Source: Octopus sinensis
Lineage: Eukaryota
Reading direction: 5' to 3'
Length of the DNA stretch: 64,000 nt
Assembly: GCF_006345805.1 (NCBI RefSeq)
Contig: NC_043014.1
Coordinates: 28,892,001-28,956,000, forward strand
In this document: piece after piece, positions 38,620-51,707 of the stretch
How the letters are laid out: each line of letters opens with the position of its first letter
Position numbering within the stretch: the stretch's first letter is position 1
Translations under genes and position numbers: made by a program
Notes under the pieces: model-generated
What the model was told of the DNA's origin: nothing
The model's database searches: none
The model's input: only the letters and a program-made list of their open reading frames with translations

Positions 38620-38810
38620 GGCAATCAGCTGACAGAATCGTTAGCAGAATGCTTTGTGGGATTTCGTTCGTTTTTACGTTCTCAGTTCAAATTCTAACGA
38701 ATTCGACTTTCGAGGTCGATGAAAAAAGCACCATTTGAACATTGGGGCCAATGTTATCGACTTACGCCCTCCCCCTAAATTGCTGGTCTTGTGTTAAAAA
38801 TTTTTTAATC
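38620..38810 (+). mobile_element. SINE family B, diverged
   Basis: aaggcaatcagctgacagaatcgttagc...gttctcagttcaaattc. Confidence 0.75.
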
Positions 38811-39629
38811 AATATTAGTTAACATAACGTCACATGCCTACTAACCCCAAGATTATGAGTTCGATTCCAGGCAGTGACCCGATAATAATAATAATCATAA
38901 TAATAACAGCAATATTTAAATGGCCGCAGCTCTGAGCTGTAACTAGAGGAAAGAAAGAGAGAAAGAAAAATTAATTAATTAATTAATTAACAGTGAATTG
39001 TCTTATAATTTTAGTTTCCTCTTGCCATAAATAGATATTTTTTGTTTGTTTCTTTTCGTTTTTCATTAATGAGAGGCAGAAATGGTTCAATAATGAATCG
39101 TGAATTCTGCGTCGTAACCACGAGGTTCCAGGGTGACATTCATTAAATGCCACATTGGCAAGTGTCATTCACCATAGATACGTTTGATACCGAGGCTTCA
39201 TCAACAAACGTTCATACTAACACATCATCAAGACACACATACACATACGAGCACATGAAAATGCATGCACACACATAGCTCACACAGACATGCACATACA
39301 TGAAAACAAAGACAATGAAAGAATGAGACGCACTGACAGGCATACGTCAGGTGAGATAGACGTGAGAGATAAATAAACACAGACGGATAAACACCGACAG
39401 ACAGATGAGACAGACAAAGAGTGACGAAAAGGGAAGAATCTAAGTCTATATATATATATATATACATAAACTGTGTCAAAATATTCATAAAATGGAAATT
39501 CTAAATGCAAGCCTGTGTATGTATGTATATATATGTATATATATATGTATATATAATATATATATATATATATACATACAAGTGCAAATTCTTTCTTATT
39601 CATATATATGTATGTATTTAAGTGATATA

Positions 39630-39660
<31 letters not shown>

Positions 39661-40199
39661 CGGAGTAAAAGTAGTCAATATTAATACAGATAAAGGGGAA
39701 ATATAATTAATTTAATTTAATTAATTTACTCCCCTACAACAAAACTACGAAACTTCGTTTCGGCAGTATATATATATATCTATATATATATATATATGTG
39801 TGTGTGTATACATATATATGTATATATATATATATATATACTTATATACACACACATATATATATATATGCAGATGTTTATATATATATGTATATATGTA
39901 TGTGAGTGTGTATGAGTATACATGCATGTATGTATGTATATATGTATATGTGTGTGTGTATATATATATATATGAATATATATTTAAATATATTTATATA
40001 TGATATATAATATATACACATATACAAATATATTTATAGGCTTATATATGTAAATATATAATATATATGTATAATGTATATATGTGTGTGTGTATATATA
40101 TGCATATATATATATGTATATTTATATATATATATATATATATGCATATTATATGCATATATATATATGCATTATATATATAGCATATATATATATATA

Positions 40200-40244
<45 letters not shown>

Positions 40245-41575
40245 GTGTGTATATATATATATGCATATATATATATACATACACAAATATACATAATATT
40301 TTTGTATATATATATGTATGTATGTATTTATTCATATTTATATTTATATAGCGAAACGCACTGAGAGATATCCCATAGGATTGGCAGCAGCACCTCCATC
40401 GCCTTAAATGCCTCCAGGCCATAGTTTCACCTTTCTAGGCTCTGAGTTTAAGTGCAATGCAGTTCAAAAGTAAAATACCTTTCATAATTTCAAAGGGGCT
40501 GATAAATATATATATATATGAAAGAAGAATTAGGGCAGCGAGTCTGTCGTCTGTTAGAGCTTCGGACAGCATGTGTTAGCGCTTCCTTTTCTAAGTCGAC
40601 CAGAGTCAAAGTCCCGTCCCTTTCACAGGAATAGTGATATCCGTGGTAAAAAAAAAAAATAAAAACCTTATTATTCCCAATAAAATCATCTAAGTACAGA
40701 CTTAGGGAGGGCAAAATCTATTAGGGGCACCAAAGAAGTTATATGTACATATATTGTATATGCTTATAACCGAGAGCATATATCAAAAACGTATAAATAT
40801 GGGACGTTTTTAAGACTTACTTTGATCGTTATATTTATACACATAGCAATTTGACTCCTATATAAAGAATGCTGAATATGCATAGGAGTAGATAATCAAT
40901 ATATATATTGTCATACGTGTTTGTAAAAATAAAGGTAGATTTATCAAAACATTATTCAGTATATATATACGTGAATAAGTTTATACATATCCATGTGTAG
41001 AGTTGAATGTAAATGTATATATTTGTATATAAAATATGCATATATATGTGTGTGTGTGTGCATAAATATATAGATATCCAATAGATCTACATATACACAC
41101 TTATACAGGCATATATATATATGTGTGTGTGTGTATGTGTGTGTGTGCCAGTGTGTATGTATGTATGTATATTTAGAAATAGATATACATTCACAGGCAT
41201 ATACGTGCATATATATATATAGATATACATATGACTATAAAATGTGTATATGTATGTTTATATACATGTATATATATTGTGTATATATATATATATATAT
41301 ATACATATATATGAATATATATGCATAAATATGCGCCTATATTTATATATAATGATGTATGTATATATAGATATATATATATCATATATACATACATACA
41401 TATATAAGTATATACATTATATATGAATGCCTGTAACTGGGGTATAGAAAAAAAAATGAGTAGATCTATGCTTATATGGGAGTGAGTATGTAAAAATTAA
41501 AAAGCGGGGATAGAAATAAAAGACAGTGTGTGAGTGCATGTGCCTCATATATACACACACACACATATAGATATA

Positions 41576-41872
41576 CTAGCAGTATCGCCCGGCGTTGATC
41601 GGGTTTGCAAGGGAAATAACTATATAAGCATTTTTAGAGAGTTATAGCCAAAAAATAGCAAAAAATGCATTAGAAATGCAAAAAAAATGATGGTAATTTT
41701 TTTTTTAATCGTCGTAGACTCATCGTAGACGCGCGCTAATACCCAGAAGGGCTCGATATGAATCACGACTATAAGATACCCGGTTTTGGTTAAACTGCAC
41801 CGCAAAATGTGGAGTAAGGAATCTAAAACGTAGGAAACAGACACACAACAACTTCACTTTTATATATAAAGA
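41576..41872 (-). mobile_element. Non-autonomous Helitron, second copy
   Basis: Same termini as 37530-37827 (A|TC ... CTAG|T), inserted in a TA repeat. Confidence 0.9.
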
Positions 41873-41908
41873 TATATATATATATATTATTTATATATAT
41901 ATAATATA

Positions 41909-41943
<35 letters not shown>

Positions 41944-42069
41944 TGTGTGTATGTGTGTATGTGTGCGTGTGTGTAAATATATATACATATGCATTATACA
42001 TATATATGTATACGCATATATGTATGCATATATATATATATGCTATATATGTATACGCATATATATGTA

Positions 42070-42109
<40 letters not shown>

Positions 42110-42268
42110 GTGTGTGTGTTTGTTTGTGTGTGTGTGTGTGGTGTGTGAATATATAGGCAGACACACTCACAGAAAAGAGAGTGAAGAAAAGAACGTGAGA
42201 CAAATAGACATGAAATATACACAACACACACACATATATATATATATAAGCATATATGTATGTATGTA

Positions 42269-42305
<37 letters not shown>

Positions 42306-42372
42306 ACGCACATATAGAGAATGTATACAGGTTTGCATGTATGAATATGTATTTGTATACATACATAGCTAC

Positions 42373-42426
<54 letters not shown>

Positions 42427-42562
42427 ATAGTAATATATATATATATAATATAATATATATATATACATTTATATATACATATGTATTTATTATATGTGTG
42501 TGTGTATGTGTTATAGTATAATTATATATGCAGACATAATTATATATATATATTATATATAT

Positions 42563-42752
42563 ATAATTTATTTTATAGAAGGAGCTTCTACAGGACTAGA
42601 AACTGTTTCATTCAAGAGAAATCTTCAGGAAGATTTCTCTTGAATGAAACAGTTCTAGTCCTGTAGAAGCTCCTTCTATGTAATAAATTAATTTTACTCT
42701 GCTATGTATTGAGTACCTTATTTACTGTGGTAACCCCGAATCAACCGGGACC

Positions 42753-42760
<8 letters not shown>
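42563..42760. mobile_element. Penelope-like terminal repeat with fold-back palindrome (arms 42575-42626 and 42629-42679) and hammerhead-like motif
   Basis: Arms are reverse complements apart from a 1-nt indel; minus strand reads cttc-CTGAAGA-tttctcttgaat-GAAAC-ag...ct-GTA-gaag. Confidence 0.75.
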
Positions 42761-42793
<33 letters not shown>

Positions 42794-42806
42794 ATATATA
42801 TATATA

Positions 42807-42864
<58 letters not shown>

Positions 42865-43235
42865 GTATGTATATATCTCCCATAATGTATACGTATCTAT
42901 AAGCGTTTCCATACATTTTATATATTATCTAATAATTATTGAAACAAGTCATTATACACATAAATATGCACATTTGAATTTACAAATCGAGTTTAATAGA
43001 TTTTAGATTTTCTTGGATATTTCAACAAAAACTGACGAATACTTTGGGCGCACATGTATGTATGTATGTATGTCTGTTGTATGTATGTATGTATGTCTGT
43101 ATGTATGTATGTATGTATAGTATAATAGATATATATATATATAATATATAGATTATATATATAATATCCATACATACACACTTACCTACATACTATATAT
43201 AAATATAAGTATATAATATGCATATATATATATAT

Positions 43236-43275
<40 letters not shown>

Positions 43276-43348
43276 CATATATACATATATATATATATGT
43301 ATACATAAAATATATATACACATATATATAAAACACATTAATATAGAT

Positions 43349-43404
<56 letters not shown>

Positions 43405-43629
43405 CACACATATATATTATATATATATATAGCAAAATAGGGAGAGAAGACTAGGTAGATATCAATTTCGTCTCAAATTTGGTTCTGACCGCACAGTATT
43501 AATTCATGTTAAAATACTTATTATAGGTATAGTAGTCTTTTTTTTATTAACCCGCATGTATACTCATATATATTCATATATATGTTTATGTATGTACACC
43601 AGCACACATACATGTCTGCATGCATATGC

Positions 43630-43669
<40 letters not shown>

Positions 43670-43814
43670 TGCAAGCTAAACATGTAAGTACATATGGATA
43701 TATATATATATATATTATATATATATTATATATATATATATATCCGTATTACATACATATATATATGTATGTATGTGTGTATGTATATACACACATATTC
43801 ATACATATGTGGAT

Positions 43815-44190
43815 ATGAGTGGCTGCGTGGTAAGTAGCTTCCTTACCAACCACATGGTTTTGGGTTCAGTCTCACAAGTGTCTTCAACTATAGCCTCGGG
43901 CCGACCAATGCTTTGTGAGTGGATTTGGTAGACGGAAATTGAAAGGAGCCCGTCGTATACATGCATATATAATATATATGTATGTATATGTAAGTGTTTT
44001 TGTCTCTGTGTTTGTCCAAGCGATACTGGTGTGTCTACGTCCCCGTAAATTAGCGGTTCGGCCTAAGGAACCGATAGAATAATTGCTAGCCTTACAAAAG
44101 AATAAGTCCTGGATTCGACTTGCTCGACTAAAGGCGTTGCTCCAGCATGGCCACAGTCAAATGACTGAAACAAGTAAAGGATTAAAGAAT
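43815..44190 (+). mobile_element. SINE family A
   Basis: gagtggctgcgtggtaagtagcttccttaccaaccacatgg...ccagcatggccacagtcaaatgactgaaacaagtaaa. Confidence 0.9.
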
Positions 44191-44358
44191 ACGTAAAATA
44201 TATACATATATATGATATATATATATATATATATATTATAGATATATATATATATAATATATATGTTTGTATGTATACACATATATATAAATATATATAC
44301 AAACACACATCTATATATATATATGTATATTACATATATATATATTGTATATATATGA

Positions 44359-44396
<38 letters not shown>

Positions 44397-44405
44397 ATTA
44401 TATTA

Positions 44406-44529
<124 letters not shown>

Positions 44530-44589
44530 TAGGTGTGTATGTATGTCTGTGTGTGTGTTCAGTTTTGGTAATACAAAAAAGAAAAAAAG

Positions 44590-45796
44590 GACTCCAAAGT
44601 TGCATGATTTTTTTCATTTTAATGGGCAGACGTTATGGTATGGTATACGGACATNNNNNNNNNNNNNNNNNNNNNNNNNNNNNNNNNNNNNNNNNNNNNN
44701 NNNNNNNNNNNNNNNNNNNNNNNNNNNNNNNNNNNNNNNNNNNNNNNNNNNNNNATTTTTGCTTTATGAGTTCAATAAAGCAACAACGCAACGGAAAGTG
44801 CGAGGAATATTAATGCAGTAAACGGGTATCGAACGATAAGTGTAAACCAGTGTCAACGGTGGTTCTAGAAATTCCGAGCTGGAAACAACCTAGAAGACGA
44901 GCCTCGTCTTGGAAGATCTGTAGAGCTCGACGAGTAAGTCCTGCAAGCCCTGGTGGAATAAAGTCTCGTCGTAACTGATGAGGAACTAGCAGAGAAGCTT
45001 GGATTTGGTTACTCAACCATTCATCGATACATGCGTGCCATCGGAAAAGTCAGCAAATTGGGTCAATGGGTTCTTCACAAGCTTTCAGAGTCTAATCGCG
45101 CGCAGAGAATGAATGTGCGTTCTTCTTCGCTGTCTCGCTGTCGCGTCTCACGAATGAACCTGTTTTGGAGACCGAATAGTGACTGGTGACAAGAAATGGG
45201 TTCTCTATAAAAATGTCAAGCGCAGAGGACAGTGGGTAGGAAAGGGAGAAACACCGGCACCCCAGGCTAAAGGAGGTCTTCACCCACGTAAGGTGTTGTT
45301 ATCTGTTTGGTGGAATATGAAAGGTTTAGTCCACTTTGAACTTTTAAACCCAAACCAAGCGATAACAAAGGAGACCTACTACGAGCAGCTTAAGTGGCTT
45401 AAGTTAGTGCTAGAAGAAAAACAACCATCTTTGGTTTCAAGACGAAAGATGTTCTTTTATGCGGATAATGCTCGGCCACATACAGCGAGGATGACATTCC
45501 AATGGCTGGGTGGGGAAACGATGCCCCACCCACTATATTTGACAGACATTGCCCATCTGATTATCATTTATTCGGCAATCTTCAAAATTATTTCGACGGA
45601 CAAAATATGAACAGTGCTGGAGAAGTATTTTTCGCCACGAATAAGGGAATTTTGGAAAAGGGACCTTGCAAGTCTACCAGATAGATGGAAGAGCATTGTG
45701 GGTAATGAAAGAGAGTATATTTTAAATTAAGATGGAAGTTTGTTTATCATAATTTTGAAAAGAGTATAAAAAAACCACATTATTTATGAGATGACC

Positions 45797-45800
<4 letters not shown>
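44590..45800 (+). mobile_element. Mariner transposon (DD34D), near full length, disrupted
   Basis: YEFNK...QCQRWF*KFRAG..LEDEPR.GR; WVLHKL; IVTGDKKWVLYKN; HPRKVLLSVWWNMKG; ADNARPHTA; ends ttatttatgagatgaccccaata (TIR plus TA). Confidence 0.92.
44655..44754. other. Assembly gap (100 N)
   Basis: Run of N. Confidence 1.
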
Positions 45801-45829
<29 letters not shown>

Positions 45830-45834
<5 letters not shown>

Positions 45835-46110
45835 CTCCCTACTTTCTAACGAGTCTCCAATCTACCACTCCAAAGTTATATATTGTAAATATCCTGATTA
45901 AATACCATAAATCATTGGATGTTTTACACAGAAGGAAGATCCATACAGCTGTGTCCTGTTGAGGTTCCATCGCAAGTTCTATTTCTATGCCAACTGTTTT
46001 ACATCAATGTGGCTAAGTTCATGGGAAGATGCGTGTTCAAGAAATATTCAACTGGGTATGGTTTGCACCCTTTGCTACAATACATGGCGTAATTTCTATT
46101 GTAAACACTG
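45830..46110 (-). mobile_element. Penelope-like terminal-repeat remnant with decayed hammerhead-like motif
   Basis: Minus strand cca(ca)-TTGATGT-...-GACAC-AGCT-GTA-TGG. Confidence 0.4.
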
Positions 46111-46199
46111 ATTATACGATTTAAACGTAGGCATCTCTTTTACTCACTTTTTACTCTCTCTTACTTTTCTCACTCTCTCTCTCTCTCACCATCTTTCTC

Positions 46200-46237
<38 letters not shown>

Positions 46238-46269
46238 TCACGTTCTCTCCTTATCAATGATCCGCAGAT

Positions 46270-46872
46270 GTCTGCTGTGTCTTGTATTTTCCTGACCAGA
46301 TTCGTGTTCAGATGACAGTTAATTTTAATAACAGGACGTAATTTTCCTTGTGGTCCCACAAAACAATATCTGGCTGGTTGTGTTTTAACTTAGTAGCTGT
46401 TTTAATTATAAGTTCTATTTAATATTCTTTTGGCCAATCGGTCTTGATATAGTCAACTTCGTATGTAGCTGTTTTCCTGTTTTTGTTATCATGTGCCAAA
46501 CTGTTATGGCCATCACATCATGACTCATGGAAAGATAATATCTGGAAGACATTCGCTCACAGTTGACAGTAACGTGGTTGATGTCTCGAGTCTTGGTCTT
46601 GCACAGTCTACATTTGTTGTCTGTCAACGTTTTCTACCTGTTATGCTGTTGATACTTTGTGGAGAATTCTTGTTCTTGAACTGCATACAGGTAGCATTCG
46701 AAGTGGGATATCATTAACCCCTCGGTACTATACGCCAAGCCTTTGACATGACCAATTCCTTATATGGTTTGTTCTTTGTGCCAAGTACCCATGCATTATC
46801 TTTTCAGTGGATTGGTCAATTAAAAACATTTTTTCTTCTGATTAATAGATTTTACCAATGCTTTTTAGTGAG

Positions 46873-46880
<8 letters not shown>
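46270..46880 (-). mobile_element. R4/Dong-like LINE 3' fragment (different subfamily)
   Basis: TDNKCRLCKTKTRDINHVTVNCERMSSRYYLSMSHDV (CCHC plus RHD-type motif). Confidence 0.75.
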
Positions 46881-46936
<56 letters not shown>

Positions 46937-47029
46937 TGTGTGGTGTGTTTGTGTGTGTGTTTGTGTATGTATATATATATGTATGTATATATTATATTAT
47001 ATATATATATATATATATATCTGTGTGTG

Positions 47030-47072
<43 letters not shown>

Positions 47073-47119
47073 ATATATCTGTGTGTGTATGTATATATAT
47101 AATATATTATATTATATAT

Positions 47120-47162
<43 letters not shown>

Positions 47163-47219
47163 CTGTGTGTGTGTGCATGTGTGTGCGAAATCTAGACCAT
47201 TCGTCTAAACCACTTACTA

Positions 47220-48454
47220 TTGTGTTAGCAACTAAGTTCCCGCCTTTTTAAAATTTTGGAATCTATTTTTTTCGAGAATTCTATTTTTGCTTTTTTTCTA
47301 GTTAATTTTTGTTTATTTTCAGATCATTAAAATGGAATGTCAAGTTAAGAAAAACTAGCATTTTCGACACCGCCTTCTTTTTGCTATTAATCAAGGTTCT
47401 AAGGCCGCAAACGCAGCTCGCGACATTTGTGCTCTGTATGGAAAGGGTACCATAGCTGAAAGAACCGCTCGTGATTAGTATGCCAAGTTCCAACCTGGAA
47501 ATTTTGACCTCAAAGACGGACCTCGTTCTGGCTGTCCAGTTGAGTCTGATGAAGAGCTATTAAACCAACTTTTGCACGAAAATTCTCGTCAAACGACAAG
47601 GGAACTGGTAGAGAAAATGGAATGCTCCCACACTGCTATAGAGAAGCATCTTCACTCGGTGGAAAAGGTTTACAAGTATGGAGTATGGGTTCCGCGTGCT
47701 TTAAGTGACAACAATAAAATCGAGCCACAGTCTCCGCTGGTTTGCTTACTCGTCACCACTCAACTTATGGACACAAGCAACGATTTCTTTACCGAATCGT
47801 TACTGGCGACGAAAAATGGTGCCTGAACATTAATATGAAGCAGGGTAAGAAATGGCTTAGCCCCGATAAACAAGCGACACGGCGCGTGAAACAAGATCTT
47901 CATCCGCGTAAAACGATATCGTGCGTATAGTGGGACTGGGAAGGGATTATCCATTACGAATCGCTTGAAATAGAACCAAACGGTCAACGCGGAACTCTAT
48001 GTACAACAGATGGAACGACTCAACACGGCTATTCAAAAGAAAAGACCTAATCTCGGCAGCATGGAGTTCTGCTGCACGACCACGCCCGCCCTCATATTGC
48101 CAGTATGACCAAGGAGGCCATTCAAGCGCATGGCTGGGAAGTGCTGCCACACCTGCCGTAATCTCCTGATTTGGCACTAGCGGATTTTCACCTCTTTCGA
48201 TCTCTTTCAAATGCTATGTACAGAGTTTCGTTCAAAACTGGTGCAGAATTGAGAGCTTGGTTGGATCAAATTTTCTCGAGTAGAAATCGGATTATTTCTA
48301 CCAACGTGGTGTTGAAAATCTTGTTGAACGTTGGGAAGAAGTTATAAACAACAAGGATGAATATATTATTGATTAATTAGTAGTTATTTTTTTATTAAAC
48401 CTTTTAAAAAATTTAAATTTAAAGAAACGGTGGGAACTAAATTGCCAACCCGAC
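47220..48454 (+). mobile_element. Mariner transposon, full length (about 1.24 kb), inactivated
   Basis: TA plus TIR ttgtgttagcaactaagttcccgcc / ggtgggaactaaattgccaaccc; ATG at 47332; WVPRAL, IVTGDEKW, HPRKT, HDHARPH and P*SPDLALADFHLF motifs with stops and frameshifts. Confidence 0.95.
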
Positions 48455-48553
48455 AGATATGATAGATTTGTGTTTGTGTTATAGGCAAGATTCTTCTTTT
48501 TAAAGAAATCACCAAAGTGCTAAATATACAGCTGTAGTCGACCTTGCAGGGCG

Positions 48554-48589
<36 letters not shown>

Positions 48590-48789
48590 TCTCTGGCTTC
48601 TTTCGTACCATGCTTTCGCACTAGTTTTTTTCGAATTCGGATGCAGGGATCTTTATTGAACTTTTGTCGCAATCTTTGAAGCAAAAGAAATGAGTACGGC
48701 ATCACATAATGTCTGTTATCACTGGTATATTGTCTGCTGCTCTAAGAGAGAAAGGAAAATATCATATTGCGTCTGCACATTTACATTAG

Positions 48790-48817
48790 CTATGTTCCTC
48801 TGTTCAAAACTGGAGTG
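48790..48817 (+). other. Candidate 28-nt microexon
   Basis: atttacattag| ... GTG|gtgagg. Confidence 0.3.
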
Positions 48818-49076
48818 GTGAGGCTTATTAAAGAACTCACAGTCTGACATAAATAATGTCCTTTGGAATATAAAAGTGTGAAGTAGCTATGTCAAAGATA
48901 GACTATATAATACTTAAATTAAAGACACAACATCTCTCGGTGATGCTACTGCTAACAAAAGGGGATATAAAATATGATATTCCAGAAAATTCTTCAAAAA
49001 TAGCAAAAATTAAACCTAAGTTTTTGCATTTCTTCCTTAGTTTAAATACTTTGGTATACGTTTAACTTATTTTCAG

Positions 49077-49194
49077 TGCAGATGCTGATTCTTATTGCGA
49101 CGAGATTGTTGCATTTAAGAAGACCATATCTACCTACAGTGGATATGATATGAATTGCTTGGCACTGTTTTGCCCTTTTACTCTTCTTTCCTAG
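49077..49194 (+). CDS. Candidate terminal coding exon: ADADSYCDEIVAFKKTISTYSGYDMNCLALFCPFTLLS*
   Basis: tttaacttattttcag| acceptor; phase-2 frame open to TAG; phase-compatible with 48790-48817. Confidence 0.25.
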
Positions 49195-49429
49195 CACAAT
49201 AGATGAGCATTATAACATCTCGTACCAACAATGTTTGCGATAAATCTTTAGTAAATTTTGTTCACATCAAGCTATTTTCGTTTAGTGGACGAATTTGCTT
49301 GCTGCTTAATGTTTGTTTTGAAAGGGAATTCTAGCACACTCGTGTTAGTTTGCGTTGGTAAGAATTTGCACATACGACATTTCATAGATGAATTGGACAA
49401 CTTCAATATAGAATGGAATTAGGAATGCA

Positions 49430-51070
49430 ATATTTCGGGTAGTGCTTTACGTCTGAGCCTGGGGAAAAGAGCGAAAGTTTGTTGTCACTCGTGTTGTGGG
49501 CAAGAAGAGAGTTAAAGTAATGTTTTGACTGTTAATAAGGAAAGTGAAATGGTCACTTGAACTATGGGTAAGAAGAGGGGAATGGAATTGTCATTGAGTG
49601 TGTTTAAGAAGGAAAAGACAGTGATGTTGTTACTTGTATCGCGTTCAAGAACAGAGAGTAGTGTAACTTCTGAGGTTGTGGGTAAGAAATGAGAAAGGAC
49701 CGCGTCCCGTGGATTCTAAGCAATAAAAGAAAGAAACCAGTGTTGTCATTTGAATTGTAGGTAAGTAGAAAGAAAATGTGTTCTTGATACTTGGGTTATG
49801 TATGGGTCAGGAAGAAGAAAAAACGATGAGATGCTAATATTATCACTAAATTTGTCGATATGTATTTCATTAAATATGCTTTCTACATCTGGGTGTGTGA
49901 GTGTGTCTGTATATACTTGTCCACATCATAAGGGATAACTTGGGACGTGGGCAGTTATAAAGAGATACAAAGAAAGTATTGTATTCACCTAGGTTGAGAG
50001 CAAATATTTATAAGGTGAAAGGTTTTTTTCGCGTGGATTGAAAGCAAATAGAGTGAAAAGGAGAGTGGTGTAGTCAACTGAGTTGTGGGAAGGAAGATAT
50101 CGTGTACTATAAGGAAGAAGAGAAAGAAATTCTGCGATTGTCAATTGCGATGCGGGGAGAAAAGAAAGTGTAAGATGTGTTGTCACTTGCGGTCGTGGGA
50201 AAGAAAGAAGAGAGATACAGGGGCTATGGCGAAGGTCGTGGAAAAGAAGGGAGATACAGGTGCTACGGCGAAGATCGTGGACAAGAAGAGAGAAAGCGAG
50301 GGGTTGTGACACTGGGTGATGGGTACGAAGAGAGAAAAAGCGATGTTGTCACTTAAGTTCTGAGAAACAAGAAAGAGAATGTGTTTTTGTTGCTTTGTTT
50401 GTACAAAAGAAGAAAGAGAAATGGTGTTGCCAACTGGGTTGTGGAAAAAAGAAGAGAGAGAAAAAGGTATTCAGGTTGTGGGACAGAAGTGAGAGAAATT
50501 TGTGTTGTCGGTTGGACTGTGGTAAAGAAGAAAGATAATGTGTTGTCATATTGGTTGTTGAAAGGCAGAGGGAAAATGGTTTGTGGGAGCGAAGAGAAAG
50601 GAAGGAATTGTTGTAAATTGGATTGTGAAAAGAAAGGAGAGAATATCCAGCTTCCATTTGGGTCGAGGGAAAGAAAGGAAAATGGTGTTATTTTGGTTGT
50701 GGGAAAGAAGACAGTGAAAACGTGTTTTCGCTTGGTTTGTGGGAAGGAAGAGGGAAGAAAGACTATTGTCCTTTGTGTTGTGTGAATGAAGTCAAAGAAC
50801 ATGTTGTTATCGTATACGTTATGGGCACGAATAGAAGAAAAGACGTGTTGTCATTTGGATTGTGGTAAAGAAGGAAAAGACAGTGGCGTTGTCTCCTAGG
50901 TTGGGAGCATTAACAGTGAGAGTTAGGCTTTGGACAATTATAGAGACACAAAAGCAGTTTTGTCAGTGGGTTGTGTACAGTAAGTAATATTGTCTATTAG
51001 AGTGTGGGTAAAACTAAAGAAAGAAAGAAAGCGTCTTGAACTACGGACAAGGATTGTGAGAGAAAGATGC
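49430..51070. repeat. Degenerate about 40-bp minisatellite (gttgtcacttg..ttgtgggtaagaagagagaaa)
   Basis: Unit recurs dozens of times with strong purine strand bias. Confidence 0.85.
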
Positions 51071-51314
51071 GTTGGCACTTGATTGTGAGCAAAAGTAGAA
51101 GTGTTATGTGTTATCCTTTGTACTATGAACTACATTTTTCGTGCCTTCACCTCATGGGATATACGACTTTCTCTCTCATCCTTATTCTGAGATGCAAATG
51201 CTGTACCGAACCGTTAATTTCGACACCCTCACTGCAGTTTTCAATGCCTATAATAACCAAGTTATAAAATTCTTGCGATGTCGCATATTGTTCAATATTA
51301 TATAATGAATTAAG

Positions 51315-51480
51315 CAGCGAGCTGGCATGATCGGACAAAGTACTTGGCAGCATTTCTACTGACTTTACGTTCTAAGTCCAACTTCCGCCGACGTCGACTC
51401 TGCCTTTCATCCTTTCGGAGTCGAAGTAATCGACTTACCCACGCATCGAAATTGCTGGCTTTGTATCAAAATTTGAAACC
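51315..51480 (+). mobile_element. SINE family B
   Basis: gcagcgagctggcatgatcgg...cgtcgactctgcctttcatcctttcggagtcg. Confidence 0.8.
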
Positions 51481-51707
51481 AATATCATATAATGAATTAA
51501 CTTCATCTTTCATAAATTTCTGCGTATGTGTGATAGTATGTTCTTCATATATTATTTTGAGTAATATTTATTCAACTTTTTTCGTAAGGAGAACCTTTTA
51601 GGCCAATGTAAGCAAGTTTGGCAATAAATCATTACATGTGAGTCTTGATGTAAGCATTCGCTCAATTTTTGTTTTAAATTTATTTATGCAAATTTCTTTT
51701 CTCCCAG

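Noticed and set aside
39120-39180. Pre-miRNA-like hairpin (tgcca-cat-tggca core)
   Set aside because: Stem too short and irregular for a roughly 60-nt precursor.
44530-44760. Sequence continuity across the mariner 5' end
   Set aside because: A 100-N gap; junction and true length are unknown, so no structural claim is made.
47332-48380. Active mariner transposase (also 44755-45730)
   Set aside because: Multiple in-frame stops and frameshifts.
49989-50802. 100-150 aa ORFs on both strands
   Set aside because: By-products of the degenerate purine-rich minisatellite.
51130-51310. Frame HGIYDFLSHPYSEMQMLYRTVNFDTLTAVFNAYNNQ as an exon
   Set aside because: No usable AG acceptor between the upstream stop and the start of the frame, and no good donor.
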